DNA from: Candidatus Nomurabacteria bacterium
GTDB taxonomy: Bacteria; Patescibacteriota; Minisyncoccia; Phycocordibacterales; UBA9973
Direction of reading: 5' to 3'
Assembly (NCBI GenBank): GCA_026395955.1
Contig: JAPLXR010000007.1
Location: 65,957-129,956, forward strand
DNA length: 64,000 nt
The notes beneath the pieces were generated by a model that worked only from the letters and a program-made list of their open reading frames with translations, searched no databases and was not told where the DNA came from. This document shows, one piece after another, positions 54,518 to 64,000 of this stretch. The position numbers were made by a program, and so were the translations under genes. Numbering within the stretch: the first letter of the stretch is position 1; each line of letters starts with the position of its first letter.

Positions 54518-55276
54518 TTATTTTTCCCATACAGGAACGGTGAATAAAAAGGTGGTTCCATGACCTTCGATACTATCAAACCAAACTTTTCCCCCATGAT
54601 TTTCTACTATTTTCTTTGTGGTATATAGACCAATGCCAGAACCCATAGCTTCTTTCTTTTGAGCTTTTTCTGTGCGATAGAATTTTTCAAATATTTGTCT
54701 CTTGCTGTCTTCAGATATCCCTATACCTGAGTCTTTTACTGAAACTTGTACAAAATCATCATCATTAAGTTTGATAGAAATAAAAATTTTCCCGTGATAA
54801 TTACTGTACTTGATAGCATTCTCTATTAGATTTTGAAATACTACACGAATTTTTTCTTTGTCTGCTTTTACATGAGGTATTCCGTTTGTGCTTGGTTTCA
54901 AGAAAATTATTTCAATACCACGAGCTGTAGACTCTCCAGAAAAATCGAAAATAGTACCTTCAATAATATCTACCAAATTAATTTCTTCAAAGACATATTC
55001 TTTTTCTACTACTTGCTCGGATTTGTTTATTAATAATATTTCACTAACTAATCCTATAGCTCTCTCGTTACCATCGTATGCTTTTCTCAATAATGTTTCT
55101 TGTTCAGTGTTTAATTTTCCTAGATCTCCATCGAGAAACATTTTAATAATCCATTTGAGTGCAGCTAGAGATGTGCGTATTTGATGAGCACCAATAGAAA
55201 CTATTTCTGATTTTACAGAATTTATTTTTGTGAGACGTTCATTTTCCTCTTTAAGTTTTTGAATATCTTCTGACAT
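54518..55276 (-). CDS. Soluble histidine kinase (HisKA + HATPase, no sensor domain)
   Basis: AHQIRT, NLIENAIKY, DSGIGI, GSGIGL, GTTF. Confidence 0.9.
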   Translation of the reverse strand: MSEDIQKLKEENERLTKINSVKSEIVSIGAHQIRTSLAALKWIIKMFLDGDLGKLNTEQETLLRKAYDGNERAIGLVSEILLINKSEQVVEKEYVFEEINLVDIIEGTIFDFSGESTARGIEIIFLKPSTNGIPHVKADKEKIRVVFQNLIENAIKYSNYHGKIFISIKLNDDDFVQVSVKDSGIGISEDSKRQIFEKFYRTEKAQKKEAMGSGIGLYTTKKIVENHGGKVWFDSIEGHGTTFLFTVPVWEK

Positions 55277-55340
55277 ACATATATTTTACCACAAGACTTT
55301 CGTATTAGATATATTAGAAGAGAAGTATTATAATGAGTTC

Positions 55341-56315
55341 ATGAATAAAAAAATATTTATAACAAGGAAAATACCAGACCTCGGAATTACTTTGTTAAAA
55401 AATAAGGGCTATGAGGTCGATGTATACTCGAAGAACAGAATAATGCCTCAAAAAGAGCTTATTTCTATACTTAAAAAGAAAGATTATGATGCGGTTTTGT
55501 GTTTATTGACTGACAAAATAGACGCAAAAGTCTACGATGCAGCGCCTAATACTAAACTCTATGCTAACTACGCGACAGGTTTTGATAACTTGGATTTAGT
55601 CGAAGCTAAAAAAAGAGGAATAACTATTACCAATGCTCCTGCGGATTTATCTTCTGAAGCAGTAGCTGAACACGCTCTCGCAATGATACTCGCTCTCGCA
55701 GCACGCATAGTCGAAGCCGATGACTTTGTTCGTCGTGGAAAATACAAAGGTTGGGATCCGATGAATTTTATCGGTACTGATACTGTCGGAAAAACTCTCG
55801 GGCTCGTCGGTGCAGGACGTATCGGGGAGAGAGTAGCAATTTTCGTAAAAGGCTTAGGAATGAAAGTAATATATACTGATGTAAATAAAAATCCTAGAAT
55901 AGAAGAATCAGCTGGGGCAGAGTATTGTAAAACTTTGGAAGAACTTTTACCACGGGCAGATATTGTGAGTTTGCATGTACCACTACTTGATTCAACAAAA
56001 CATTTGATGAATGAAAAAACTTTCAAATTAATGAAAAAAAGTGCGTACCTGGTGAATACTTCTCGCGGTCCTATTGTAGATGAAAAAGCCCTCGTAAAAG
56101 CTTTGAAAGAAAAAGTTATTGCAGGTGCGGGACTTGATGTTTTTGAATTTGAACCGAAATTAATGAGTGGTTTAGCAAAATTAGAAAATGTAATTCTGAC
56201 ACCGCACATAGGTTCTGCAAGTATTGAAGCTCGTAATCAAATGGCCGAGGTCGCAGTAAATAATATTATAGATTTTTTTGAAGGAAAACTTCCAAAAAAT
56301 GTTGTAAATAAATAA
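55341..56315 (+). CDS. D-glycerate/2-hydroxyacid dehydrogenase
   Basis: G.GRIG, LHVPL, NTSRG, GLDVFE.EP, TPHIGS. Confidence 0.92.
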   Translation: MNKKIFITRKIPDLGITLLKNKGYEVDVYSKNRIMPQKELISILKKKDYDAVLCLLTDKIDAKVYDAAPNTKLYANYATGFDNLDLVEAKKRGITITNAPADLSSEAVAEHALAMILALAARIVEADDFVRRGKYKGWDPMNFIGTDTVGKTLGLVGAGRIGERVAIFVKGLGMKVIYTDVNKNPRIEESAGAEYCKTLEELLPRADIVSLHVPLLDSTKHLMNEKTFKLMKKSAYLVNTSRGPIVDEKALVKALKEKVIAGAGLDVFEFEPKLMSGLAKLENVILTPHIGSASIEARNQMAEVAVNNIIDFFEGKLPKNVVNK

Positions 56316-56316
56316 A

Positions 56317-57744
56317 ATGATTGGAAAATTAATTATAGCCAGGCATGAAGAATCAGAATGGAATAAATTAGATAAATGGACTGGTTCTGTGAATATTGGT
56401 TTGTCTGAGAAAGGTTTTGATAATTCTCGCAAAATGGGGGAGCTTGTTCGTGGTATTCCCATGGATCAAGCTTTTGCTTCGACACAAATTCGCTCACTTG
56501 AAACACTTCTATGTATGGAAGATGATATTTGTATTGATTTACCAATAACCCGCTCAGATGCACTAAACGAAAGGGATTATGGAGACTATACTGGAAAAAA
56601 TAAATGGGAAATGAAAAAAATATTAGGAGAAGAAGAATTCGATAAACTTCGTCGGGCTTGGGATTATCCGGTACCAAATGGTGAAACATTAAAAGTCGTT
56701 TATGAAAGAGTAGTCCCATATTATTTAAATAATATTTTGCCTCTTTTAAAAGAGGGGAAGACTGTACTTTTAGTTGCTCATGGAAATTCACTTCGTGCTT
56801 TGATGAAATATTTAGAAAATATTTCTGATGAAAATATTGCGCATTTGGAAATGCTTTTTGATACTGTAGTTATTTATGAAATAAATGAAGAGGGTAGAAT
56901 GATTAGTAAAGAAGAGAGACATATGCCAGTCGTAAAGGATGATACAAAAAAAGTTGCACAGATCGTGGCGACTATTGGAATTAATTCTGGAAACAAAGAA
57001 ACACTTTTAGAATTAATGAATCACAATATGAATTTGGCGAGATTAAACTTTTCTTGGTCAGACCTTGCTTGGCATGAAGAACATATTAAAATGATTCGTG
57101 ATGTGGCGAAAGAAGCTGGAAAAAATATTTTAATCATTCAAGATTTACCAGGGCCGAGAATTCAAGAAGAACATGGTCATACTTATGATAAGACAATGGC
57201 TTTCGATATGACTGAGCAAGATAAAAACTTTGTGAAGTTCGGTGTAGAACAGGGGGTAGACTACATAGCTCTTTCATTTGTTGGCAGTAAAAAAGAAATT
57301 CTAGAATGCCGAGAACTTATAAAAAGTCTCAATGGAACACAAAAAATAATTGCAAAAGTAGAGAGAAAAGTCGCCGTCGATAACCTCGAAGAAATTATTT
57401 CTTCTGCTGATGCTGTGATGGTAGCTAGGGGAGACCTCGGTAATGAATTTCCACTAGAAGAAATTCCTTTCATTCAAGAAAAGATAATTAAAGCTTGTAA
57501 CAAAGCCGGCAAGCCTGTAATCACCGCGACACAAATGATGCTATCTATGGTAAATAGCCCGACGCCGACACGAGCAGAAGTGACTGATGTCGATACTGCA
57601 ATACTACAGGGAAGTGATGCTGTAATGCTTTCTGAAGAAACAGCCACAGGAAAATATCCAGTCGAAGCAGTGATGATGATGGAGAAAATTATTCTCGAAG
57701 CCGAGAGTCATATGACCGGTGATAAAAAATTAAATCTTCTATAA
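56317..57744 (+). CDS. Fusion of cofactor-dependent phosphoglycerate mutase and truncated pyruvate kinase
   Basis: RHEESEWN, LNERDYG, AHGNSLRAL; then IVATIG, ARLNFS, IIAKVE, MVARGDLG, ATQM, MLSEETA.G.YP. Confidence 0.9.
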   Translation: MIGKLIIARHEESEWNKLDKWTGSVNIGLSEKGFDNSRKMGELVRGIPMDQAFASTQIRSLETLLCMEDDICIDLPITRSDALNERDYGDYTGKNKWEMKKILGEEEFDKLRRAWDYPVPNGETLKVVYERVVPYYLNNILPLLKEGKTVLLVAHGNSLRALMKYLENISDENIAHLEMLFDTVVIYEINEEGRMISKEERHMPVVKDDTKKVAQIVATIGINSGNKETLLELMNHNMNLARLNFSWSDLAWHEEHIKMIRDVAKEAGKNILIIQDLPGPRIQEEHGHTYDKTMAFDMTEQDKNFVKFGVEQGVDYIALSFVGSKKEILECRELIKSLNGTQKIIAKVERKVAVDNLEEIISSADAVMVARGDLGNEFPLEEIPFIQEKIIKACNKAGKPVITATQMMLSMVNSPTPTRAEVTDVDTAILQGSDAVMLSEETATGKYPVEAVMMMEKIILEAESHMTGDKKLNLL

Positions 57745-57783
57745 AACCATTTAGTTTTCTTACTAAAATGTTATAATATCACA

Positions 57784-58527
57784 ATGGAATATATAATTAT
57801 TTTTGCAATAACATTCTTTGCCACACTACTCAGTTCTATGTCTGGTGGGGGTGCAGGAATTATCGTTTACCCAGCTCTATTATCTATGGGTTTACCTTTT
57901 CCTTTAGTCGGTGCTGTATCAGCAGTGAATTCTACTGTATGGGTTTTGCCTGCTGGAAGAAATTATTTAAAAGGAAGAAAAGTTGATTGGAAATTCCTTA
58001 TTATATTTTCATTGATAGGACTTATCGGTTGTTATTTTGGGGTTTTATTAATGATAAATATAAATCAGAGAATATTGGAAATTTCTGTAGGTGCTATTAT
58101 TTTATTTTTAGTTTCGTATACATATTTTAAAAAAGATATGGGATTAAATCAAAATAAAGTTCAATCTTTGGCTCGTCAGATGATTGCTTACCCCTTTGCT
58201 TTATTACTAGGATTTTATGAAACTATTTTCGGATCAGGTAACGGAATTCTTTTTACAATGATTACTCTATACACTAGAGGTTTTGATTTTATTGATGGAC
58301 TTGGTCACTATTATTATATTTCTTTTTCATGGGCACTTTTTGCCGCTGTGTTGTTAATACAAAAAGGATATTACGATGTTAATATTATGGCTGTTGCTGC
58401 TATTGGTTCAATATTGGGAGGATTTTTAGGTTCTAAATATGCAAAAAACAAAGGAAATAAATTTATAAAAACTTTATTTGTAATAATTGGAGGTATTCTT
58501 GGTATTAAATTACTTTTAGGTTTATAA
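57784..58527 (+). CDS. TauE/SafE family membrane exporter
   Basis: GGGAG..P, GFY...G.G.G repeat halves, multiple TM helices. Confidence 0.85.
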   Translation: MEYIIIFAITFFATLLSSMSGGGAGIIVYPALLSMGLPFPLVGAVSAVNSTVWVLPAGRNYLKGRKVDWKFLIIFSLIGLIGCYFGVLLMININQRILEISVGAIILFLVSYTYFKKDMGLNQNKVQSLARQMIAYPFALLLGFYETIFGSGNGILFTMITLYTRGFDFIDGLGHYYYISFSWALFAAVLLIQKGYYDVNIMAVAAIGSILGGFLGSKYAKNKGNKFIKTLFVIIGGILGIKLLLGL

Positions 58528-58532
58528 AATTT

Positions 58533-59783
58533 ATGACAAAAATAAAAAAAGTTACAGGGAGGGAAATAATAGATTCACGGGGAAATCCGACTGTCGAAGT
58601 GGAGTGCGAACTTGAGAGTGGGGTAGTTGCTGTGGCGGGTGTACCGTCGGGAGCGAGTACGGGAATTCACGAAGCTTTGGAATTACGGGACGGGGATAAA
58701 ACACGATACAACGGCCTCGGAGTTTTGAATGCAGTAAATAATGTAAATACTATAATCAATGAAAATATTTCAGGAAAAGAATTTGATCAAAAATCTTTAG
58801 ATGAAACTTTGATAAATCTCGATGGCACAAAAAATAAATCTAAACTCGGAGCGAATGCAATACTCGGTGTTTCACTAGCTTTTGCCCGCGCCGTGTCAGT
58901 AGAAAAGAAAATAAATTTGTATGAATACTTAGGGTCTTTAGTCGGCAATACACAGTACTCTTTACCCGAGCCTATGTTCAATGTGATCAATGGTGGCAAG
59001 CATGCAGATAATGGACTCGATATTCAAGAGTTTATGATTATCCCTGTCGGCATAAAAACTTTTAAAGAAAAAGTGCGAGTCGTTTCAGAAGTTATTTCAG
59101 CTTTGAAAAAAGTTTTAGTGGAAAAAGGATTTGGTGTCGGTGTGGGGGATGAAGGTGGCTTTGCGCCGAAACTCGCTTCCAATGAAGAGGCTTTTGATAT
59201 TTTAATTATGGCGATACAAAATGCTGGCTATACTACAGAGCAAATAAAGATCGGTATTGATGCGGCGGCATCTAGCTTCTTCATTGATGGAGTTTATAAA
59301 TTAAAAATAGCAGGGGAGGAGAAGATTTTGAATACTGAGGAAATGATAGCTTGGTATGAAAAACTCGTCGCTACTTATCCGATAATTTCTATCGAGGACG
59401 GACTCGATGAAGAAGACTGGGCAGGATTTGTATTATTAAATAAAAAACTTGGAGACAAGATAAAAATAATAGGAGATGACCTACTCGTGACGAATGTAGA
59501 AAAAATTCAAAAAGCTATTTCAGAAAATGCTGTGAATTCTGTTTTGATAAAATTGAATCAAATCGGAACTTTGTCTGAGACTATCGACGCTATACAAATG
59601 ACTAAAAAACAAAATTGGAATGCTATCGTTTCACACCGTTCAGGGGAGACAAATGATACATTTATCGCCGACCTCGCTGTGGGACTATCATGTGGTTATA
59701 TAAAATCCGGTTCACTTACTCGCGAAGAAAGAGTCTGTAAATATAATCGTTTGATGGAGATAGAAGAGAATCTGTCTAAATAA
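58533..59783 (+). CDS. eno: Enolase
   Basis: DSRGNPTVE, PSGASTG..EA.ELRD, GDEGGF, SHRSGET. Confidence 0.97.
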   Translation: MTKIKKVTGREIIDSRGNPTVEVECELESGVVAVAGVPSGASTGIHEALELRDGDKTRYNGLGVLNAVNNVNTIINENISGKEFDQKSLDETLINLDGTKNKSKLGANAILGVSLAFARAVSVEKKINLYEYLGSLVGNTQYSLPEPMFNVINGGKHADNGLDIQEFMIIPVGIKTFKEKVRVVSEVISALKKVLVEKGFGVGVGDEGGFAPKLASNEEAFDILIMAIQNAGYTTEQIKIGIDAAASSFFIDGVYKLKIAGEEKILNTEEMIAWYEKLVATYPIISIEDGLDEEDWAGFVLLNKKLGDKIKIIGDDLLVTNVEKIQKAISENAVNSVLIKLNQIGTLSETIDAIQMTKKQNWNAIVSHRSGETNDTFIADLAVGLSCGYIKSGSLTREERVCKYNRLMEIEENLSK

Positions 59784-59789
59784 AATTTG

Positions 59790-59878
59790 CGGAGCCGGAC
59801 GGATTCGAACCGTCGAGGGGTTTTGAAGCCCCTGCCTCTTTAGCAAAGAGGTACGTTAGACCACTCTGACACGGCTCC
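59790..59878 (-). tRNA. tRNA-Ser(GCT)
   Basis: GGAGCCG/CGGCTCC acceptor, G73, loop TT-GCT-AA, long variable arm. Confidence 0.95.
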
Positions 59879-59962
59879 ATATATATCAATAACACAATGA
59901 CCTTTATATATCTTTTATGTTGTGCTAGTATAGCATTAAAGCTAATTTAATACAGCTTTAAT

Positions 59963-60052
59963 GGAGGCGTGGATGAGTGGTTTAAATCAACGGTTTACTA
60001 AACCGTCGTCCTTTAATCGGGACCGTGAGTTCGAATCTCACCGCCTCCGCCA
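59963..60052 (+). tRNA. tRNA-Ser(ACT)
   Basis: GGAGGCG/CGCCTCC acceptor, G73 + CCA, ACGGT-TT-ACT-AA-ACCGT, long variable arm. Confidence 0.9.
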
Positions 60053-60146
60053 AGACATTTTAGTATCGGAGTCAACCTACTTGCCTGAGCAAGTGATGCG
60101 ACCCAGATGCCTAAAGTTGTAAATAAAAACACGAGAAATCGTGTTT

Positions 60147-61130
60147 TTATTTTGTCCAAAGAATCTGATATTCGAAACCGACATGCTTTGCAGATTCTTC
60201 TCGTTTGTCTTCTGGGACTGACACTACAACCCTTTTGTCACCCGCAAATGGTTCAGCATGTAGATTGCATAAGTAAGCCATTAATAATTCAAATATATTA
60301 ACCAAATTGGTTATTGTCGATTCCATAAAAGCAGATATCTTAATCTTTGGAAGATTGTATACATCACTCTTGTAGATAATCGATGGTGGTGAAATCGTAT
60401 TTTCAGGAGTCAATTTATAGTTTTCTATGTTAAGTAGATCATCCTTCAGTTCACCATGTGGGTGTTCGATTTTATTCCTCATTCTACGTATACCAACGGT
60501 GTACGCCTCAAAACTTTTGATGAAATTAATAAAATCGTCTTGGGATGTTGCGTCTAACTTACCAATGAGTTTTGATTCCCACCCTTTACCTTTAACATCA
60601 GGGTAAAAAAGATTAGCCATCTCCATGATATGAGCGCAGGCATGATCTGCGTTTAAAACAAACCCTTTCACTTTTTGCTCCAAATTAGGAAGTGAGGGTA
60701 TTTGTGGATTTTTTGAGAGGTTTGTTTTAATACCATTTTCTTCTAAAACATAGTCATTCTTTGTTTTATCTAGTGATGTAATTTCTTTTAAAAAAGAGAA
60801 AGCGGTACTAATACCTTTGTTGTGGTTTATTGTCTGTGCTAATGAATGATCTGCAAATAAAATATTTGCTTGTTGCAAAGTTTTTCCAACAAGTTCGCTA
60901 TCAGAACCGTAAGGCAATATGTGTTGAATATTATGATTTATATTTGGATTTGTCCTTTCAGGATCAACATCATCAGCCATCACCATACAACGAGTATTTT
61001 TTCTCGTAACACAAAACAGGTTTTCATCTACCTTAATTAGAGCAGATACGTTATCACCCTCTTCTAGACCAATATTAAAAGCTCCTCCTTGGGAACGGTA
61101 TGCAAATGGATCATTATCACTTTGGTTCAT
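60147..61130 (-). CDS. Hypothetical protein, possible HEPN-like domain
   Basis: 327 aa; RNKIEH (Rx4H) in a helical C-terminal half. Confidence 0.6.
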   Translation of the reverse strand: MNQSDNDPFAYRSQGGAFNIGLEEGDNVSALIKVDENLFCVTRKNTRCMVMADDVDPERTNPNINHNIQHILPYGSDSELVGKTLQQANILFADHSLAQTINHNKGISTAFSFLKEITSLDKTKNDYVLEENGIKTNLSKNPQIPSLPNLEQKVKGFVLNADHACAHIMEMANLFYPDVKGKGWESKLIGKLDATSQDDFINFIKSFEAYTVGIRRMRNKIEHPHGELKDDLLNIENYKLTPENTISPPSIIYKSDVYNLPKIKISAFMESTITNLVNIFELLMAYLCNLHAEPFAGDKRVVVSVPEDKREESAKHVGFEYQILWTK

Positions 61131-61152
61131 AAGCCCATTATAACAATTTTCA

Positions 61153-62478
61153 CTAATCGATGAGCGTCAGCACCTTATCCTTGTACACAATCTTGCTCCG
61201 CAGGTTCGCCAGTAATTCTCGCTTCTCCGTAACTGCACCCTCTTTTAGTATGTACTTCGCATAGTTTCGTATGTCGGTATCCTTTCTGTTTCCAACCTTG
61301 TCTGTGCTTCCAAAAACCGATCTTTGGAAGATGTTGAATCTCGCTATTTCTTCCTCAAGCTTCTGCCTCATACCAAGCTCGTTAATGTTCACCTTGTCGA
61401 GTATCTTCAGTATCTCGATGATCAGATCTTCTTCTCGGATGTATTGATTCTTGCAGTTCCTGTCCCTCGATCTCGCACATGAGTAGTAGATGTACTTTGC
61501 ATGCGTGCCGTCTTTCAGTTGCTTCCATTTTTCCTCGGCAGATATTCCAGAGCCACAGTATCCGCAGGTGAATAGTTTTGTGAATGCGAATTCTTTGTTT
61601 TCTCTTTGTATATTGTCTCGCTTCAGTTGTGATTGTGCCTGATCGTGCAGTTCCTTTGTTATGAGCGGTTCATGCTTTCCCTGATACCAGTTACCGCTGT
61701 CTTTAGGATACTCGAACATGCCGTAGTAGAAGGGGCTTTCCAATATTCTGTACACACCGCCGAGCGTGAGTGGTTTGTTTCCTCGGGTATAAAAATTGGC
61801 TTCGAATCGAAGCCAATTGTATATCTTTCTTCCGCTCAGTTTCTCGTACGCCACCCGCTCGAACATTTTCTTCACCAGCGGTGCTCTGAGTTCATCCACC
61901 ACAAGCTGACATTTCTTGTCGATATCTCTCTGATTCAGATATCCGAGAGGTGCGACTCCTGGCCATAGTCCCATCTCCACTCTCGTTCGCAGTCCTCGCT
62001 TTACGTTAATTCCTCGATTGTCGTTCTCAAGCTTTGCTTGTGATCCGAGAATCATCAGCAAGAATTTCTCGTTCGGATTGTTACCGAACTTCTGTCCGAA
62101 GGTTCTTATTTCCTGAAGCTTACCTGCATCCATCAGGTCCACAATTCTTCCAAGATCTCCTGCATTTCTTGAAATACGGTCTGGTGCCCATGTCAGGATG
62201 CCGTTGAATTTTCCATCCCTCAGTTCCTCGATGATCTCGTTGAAGACTGGTCGCTGTCCCGTTTCCTTTGCCGAATGGCTTTCTCGCTTCATCGTGACCA
62301 CCTCAAGACCCTCACGGTCTGCTAGTTGGAGCATTTCCTTGATCTGGCTATCAATACTCAATACTTGCCGTTCTTCGCTTTCGGTCGACTTTCTGGCATA
62401 CAGGCAATACTTCACCTTTACCTCAGCTATTGTCCCTCTGGCCGTCATGGCCCCTGGCATTTGATCTGTTGTCTTCAT
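61153..62478 (-). CDS. Large serine recombinase (resolvase + recombinase + zinc ribbon)
   Basis: YARKST, DRISRN, APLGY, HEPLI, CGYCG..YY.C...C. Confidence 0.93.
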   Translation of the reverse strand: MKTTDQMPGAMTARGTIAEVKVKYCLYARKSTESEERQVLSIDSQIKEMLQLADREGLEVVTMKRESHSAKETGQRPVFNEIIEELRDGKFNGILTWAPDRISRNAGDLGRIVDLMDAGKLQEIRTFGQKFGNNPNEKFLLMILGSQAKLENDNRGINVKRGLRTRVEMGLWPGVAPLGYLNQRDIDKKCQLVVDELRAPLVKKMFERVAYEKLSGRKIYNWLRFEANFYTRGNKPLTLGGVYRILESPFYYGMFEYPKDSGNWYQGKHEPLITKELHDQAQSQLKRDNIQRENKEFAFTKLFTCGYCGSGISAEEKWKQLKDGTHAKYIYYSCARSRDRNCKNQYIREEDLIIEILKILDKVNINELGMRQKLEEEIARFNIFQRSVFGSTDKVGNRKDTDIRNYAKYILKEGAVTEKRELLANLRSKIVYKDKVLTLID

Positions 62479-62583
62479 ACATCAATCAATGACGCAGACC
62501 CCTCCAAGAGTCTAGGACGACCCCAGTAGGTAACTAAATACCTCAAAGTTGCTTTTTATTTCAAAGTGCAGTATACTCTTTAC

Positions 62584-63133
62584 ATGCACAAGGAATTGAG
62601 CGAAATAGCAGACATGGTTTCAGGGTACACATTCCGTGGATCCATTGAAAATGACCCAAAAGGCCAGATTTTTGTGCTACAGGCTAAGAATATCTCAGCA
62701 AATCAGGATATTTTGAATACTGTGGATCTCACCACTGTTTCAGACAAATCCATCAGAAACCCCTACTTTTTGGAACATAACGACATTTTGCTCGTTTCCA
62801 GAGGTTCAGGTGCTGGATCGTTCCGTTCCGCTGTCTTTGCTTCAGACGACACAAACGTGATGCCATCATCATCAGTTCATGTCATCCGCATCAAAGATGT
62901 CACAGTACTCCCCAAATATGTATGTCTCTACCTCAATTCTCTGGACGGACAAAAGGCTCTCGCTCAAATTGTCACAGGTGCTTCATACATACAAAGCATC
63001 CTCGTGAAAAATCTGACAGACTTCCCGAGCACTCCACGAAAACATCATTAACCAAGAACGGATATTTAAAAGAAAACAAGAGATTCAAAAAACCATTATC
63101 AACGCAAGCTTTACCAACTTAACCAAGAACTAA
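62584..63133 (+). pseudogene. hsdS: Type I RM specificity-subunit-like gene, frameshifted near 63027
   Basis: L.EIA....G, DILL..RG, P.Y...YLNS; the coiled-coil tail ALHENIINQERIFKRK...LTKN* continues in another frame. Confidence 0.7.
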
Positions 63134-63134
63134 T

Positions 63135-64000
63135 ATGACTAACAAAAAATACACACAAGAAGACCTCAACAAAATCCTCTGGGAAGCAGCGGATTCTTCT
63201 CGTACACAAGTAGACGCGGGAATCTATAAAGACTACGTGCTTGCGATTCTTTTCTTTAAGTACTTGAGTGACCTCTCAAAGAAAAAACGAAACGAGTACA
63301 AGGAACGTTTTGGTAACGACGAAAAGCGTACCGAAGAAAAAATGAAGCTCGACCGCTTCTATCTCCCTCCGAAGTCATCATTCGATTATATCTACTCAAT
63401 TATTGAACAGGACAATCTCGGTGAAGAAATAAACAAATCTCTCCATCGCATTGAGGATGCCAACAAGGAAAAGCTTGATGGCGTATTTTCTGTGGACTTC
63501 AACTCCGAATCAACACTTGGAAAACTTACAGAGCGAAACAAGATGCTCCGCCACCTCATACAGGACTTTGCGAAGATGGATCTTGCTGATGTGAACGATG
63601 ACATCATCGGAAACTCCTACATGTACATGATCGAACGCTTTGGAGCTGATGCAGGTAAAAAAGCTGGCGAGTTCTTCACTGTTCGCAATGTTGCAAAGCT
63701 TGTCGCTAAACTCGCAGAACCAAAGCCAGGTGCTCGTATCTGCGATCCTTGTACGGGGTCTGGTGGACTTCTTCTCCTTGCTGGTGAAGAAGTGGAAAAA
63801 CAAGGTTCAAAAAACTACGCTCTCTACGGTCAGGAATCAACAGGTTCAACCTATCAGCTCGCTCGTATGAACATGTTTCTCCACGGAAAAGATTCAGCAC
63901 GAATCGAATGGGGCGACACACTCAACAACCCACTTCTTGTAGAAAATGATCATTTGATGAAATTCGACACGATCGTTGCCAACCCGCCATTCTCTCTCAA
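63135..64000 (+). CDS. hsdM: Type I RM methyltransferase subunit (partial, runs off window)
   Basis: LWEAAD, YKDYVL..LF.KYLSD, GEFFT, DPCTGSGG, YGQE, ANPPF. Confidence 0.95.
   Translation, partial: MTNKKYTQEDLNKILWEAADSSRTQVDAGIYKDYVLAILFFKYLSDLSKKKRNEYKERFGNDEKRTEEKMKLDRFYLPPKSSFDYIYSIIEQDNLGEEINKSLHRIEDANKEKLDGVFSVDFNSESTLGKLTERNKMLRHLIQDFAKMDLADVNDDIIGNSYMYMIERFGADAGKKAGEFFTVRNVAKLVAKLAEPKPGARICDPCTGSGGLLLLAGEEVEKQGSKNYALYGQESTGSTYQLARMNMFLHGKDSARIEWGDTLNNPLLVENDHLMKFDTIVANPPFSL

Larger units (their letters stand above)
60053..64000. mobile_element. Left part of a genomic island at tRNA-Ser carrying a large serine recombinase and type I RM genes
   Basis: Begins at a tRNA 3' end; recombinase gene; higher GC and different codon style from about 61150; runs off the window. 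Confidence 0.7.

Noticed and set aside
54105-55276. Sensor-less histidine kinase plus stand-alone receiver as a novel system
   Set aside because: A common arrangement in CPR-type genomes; nothing in the sequence indicates input or output

Overview
AT-rich chromosomal segment in standard code 11, most consistent with a CPR/Patescibacteria (Parcubacteria, Nomurabacteria-like) genome. The inference rests on pilMNO, secE-nusG-rplK with no rplA, domain-inserted tRNA synthetases and a salvage-type metabolism. The window holds about 65 CDS and 6 tRNAs, and no CRISPR array or rRNA. Main highlights: (1) a compact vitamin B12 scavenge-activate-use locus: solitary ECF S-component, class II RNR, PduO adenosyltransferase and cobalamin-riboswitch-controlled transcobalamin-like surface proteins; (2) two mRNA architectures: many housekeeping genes look leaderless, while orphan genes with Bacteroidota-style export signals (T9SS tail, lipoboxes) share a promoter/boxA-like/hairpin leader; (3) several families of short palindromic elements, some inserted in frame in rluA, pduO and argS; (4) a tRNA-Ser with the rare ACT anticodon bordering a serine-recombinase/type I RM island; (5) unusual fusions (GpmA-minimal pyruvate kinase, Tmk-DNPH1-like, IleRS with a histidine-phosphatase insert); (6) an ultrashort T-box and a bistable leader before a DEAD-box helicase. 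All calls come from motif recognition by eye; no searches were run.
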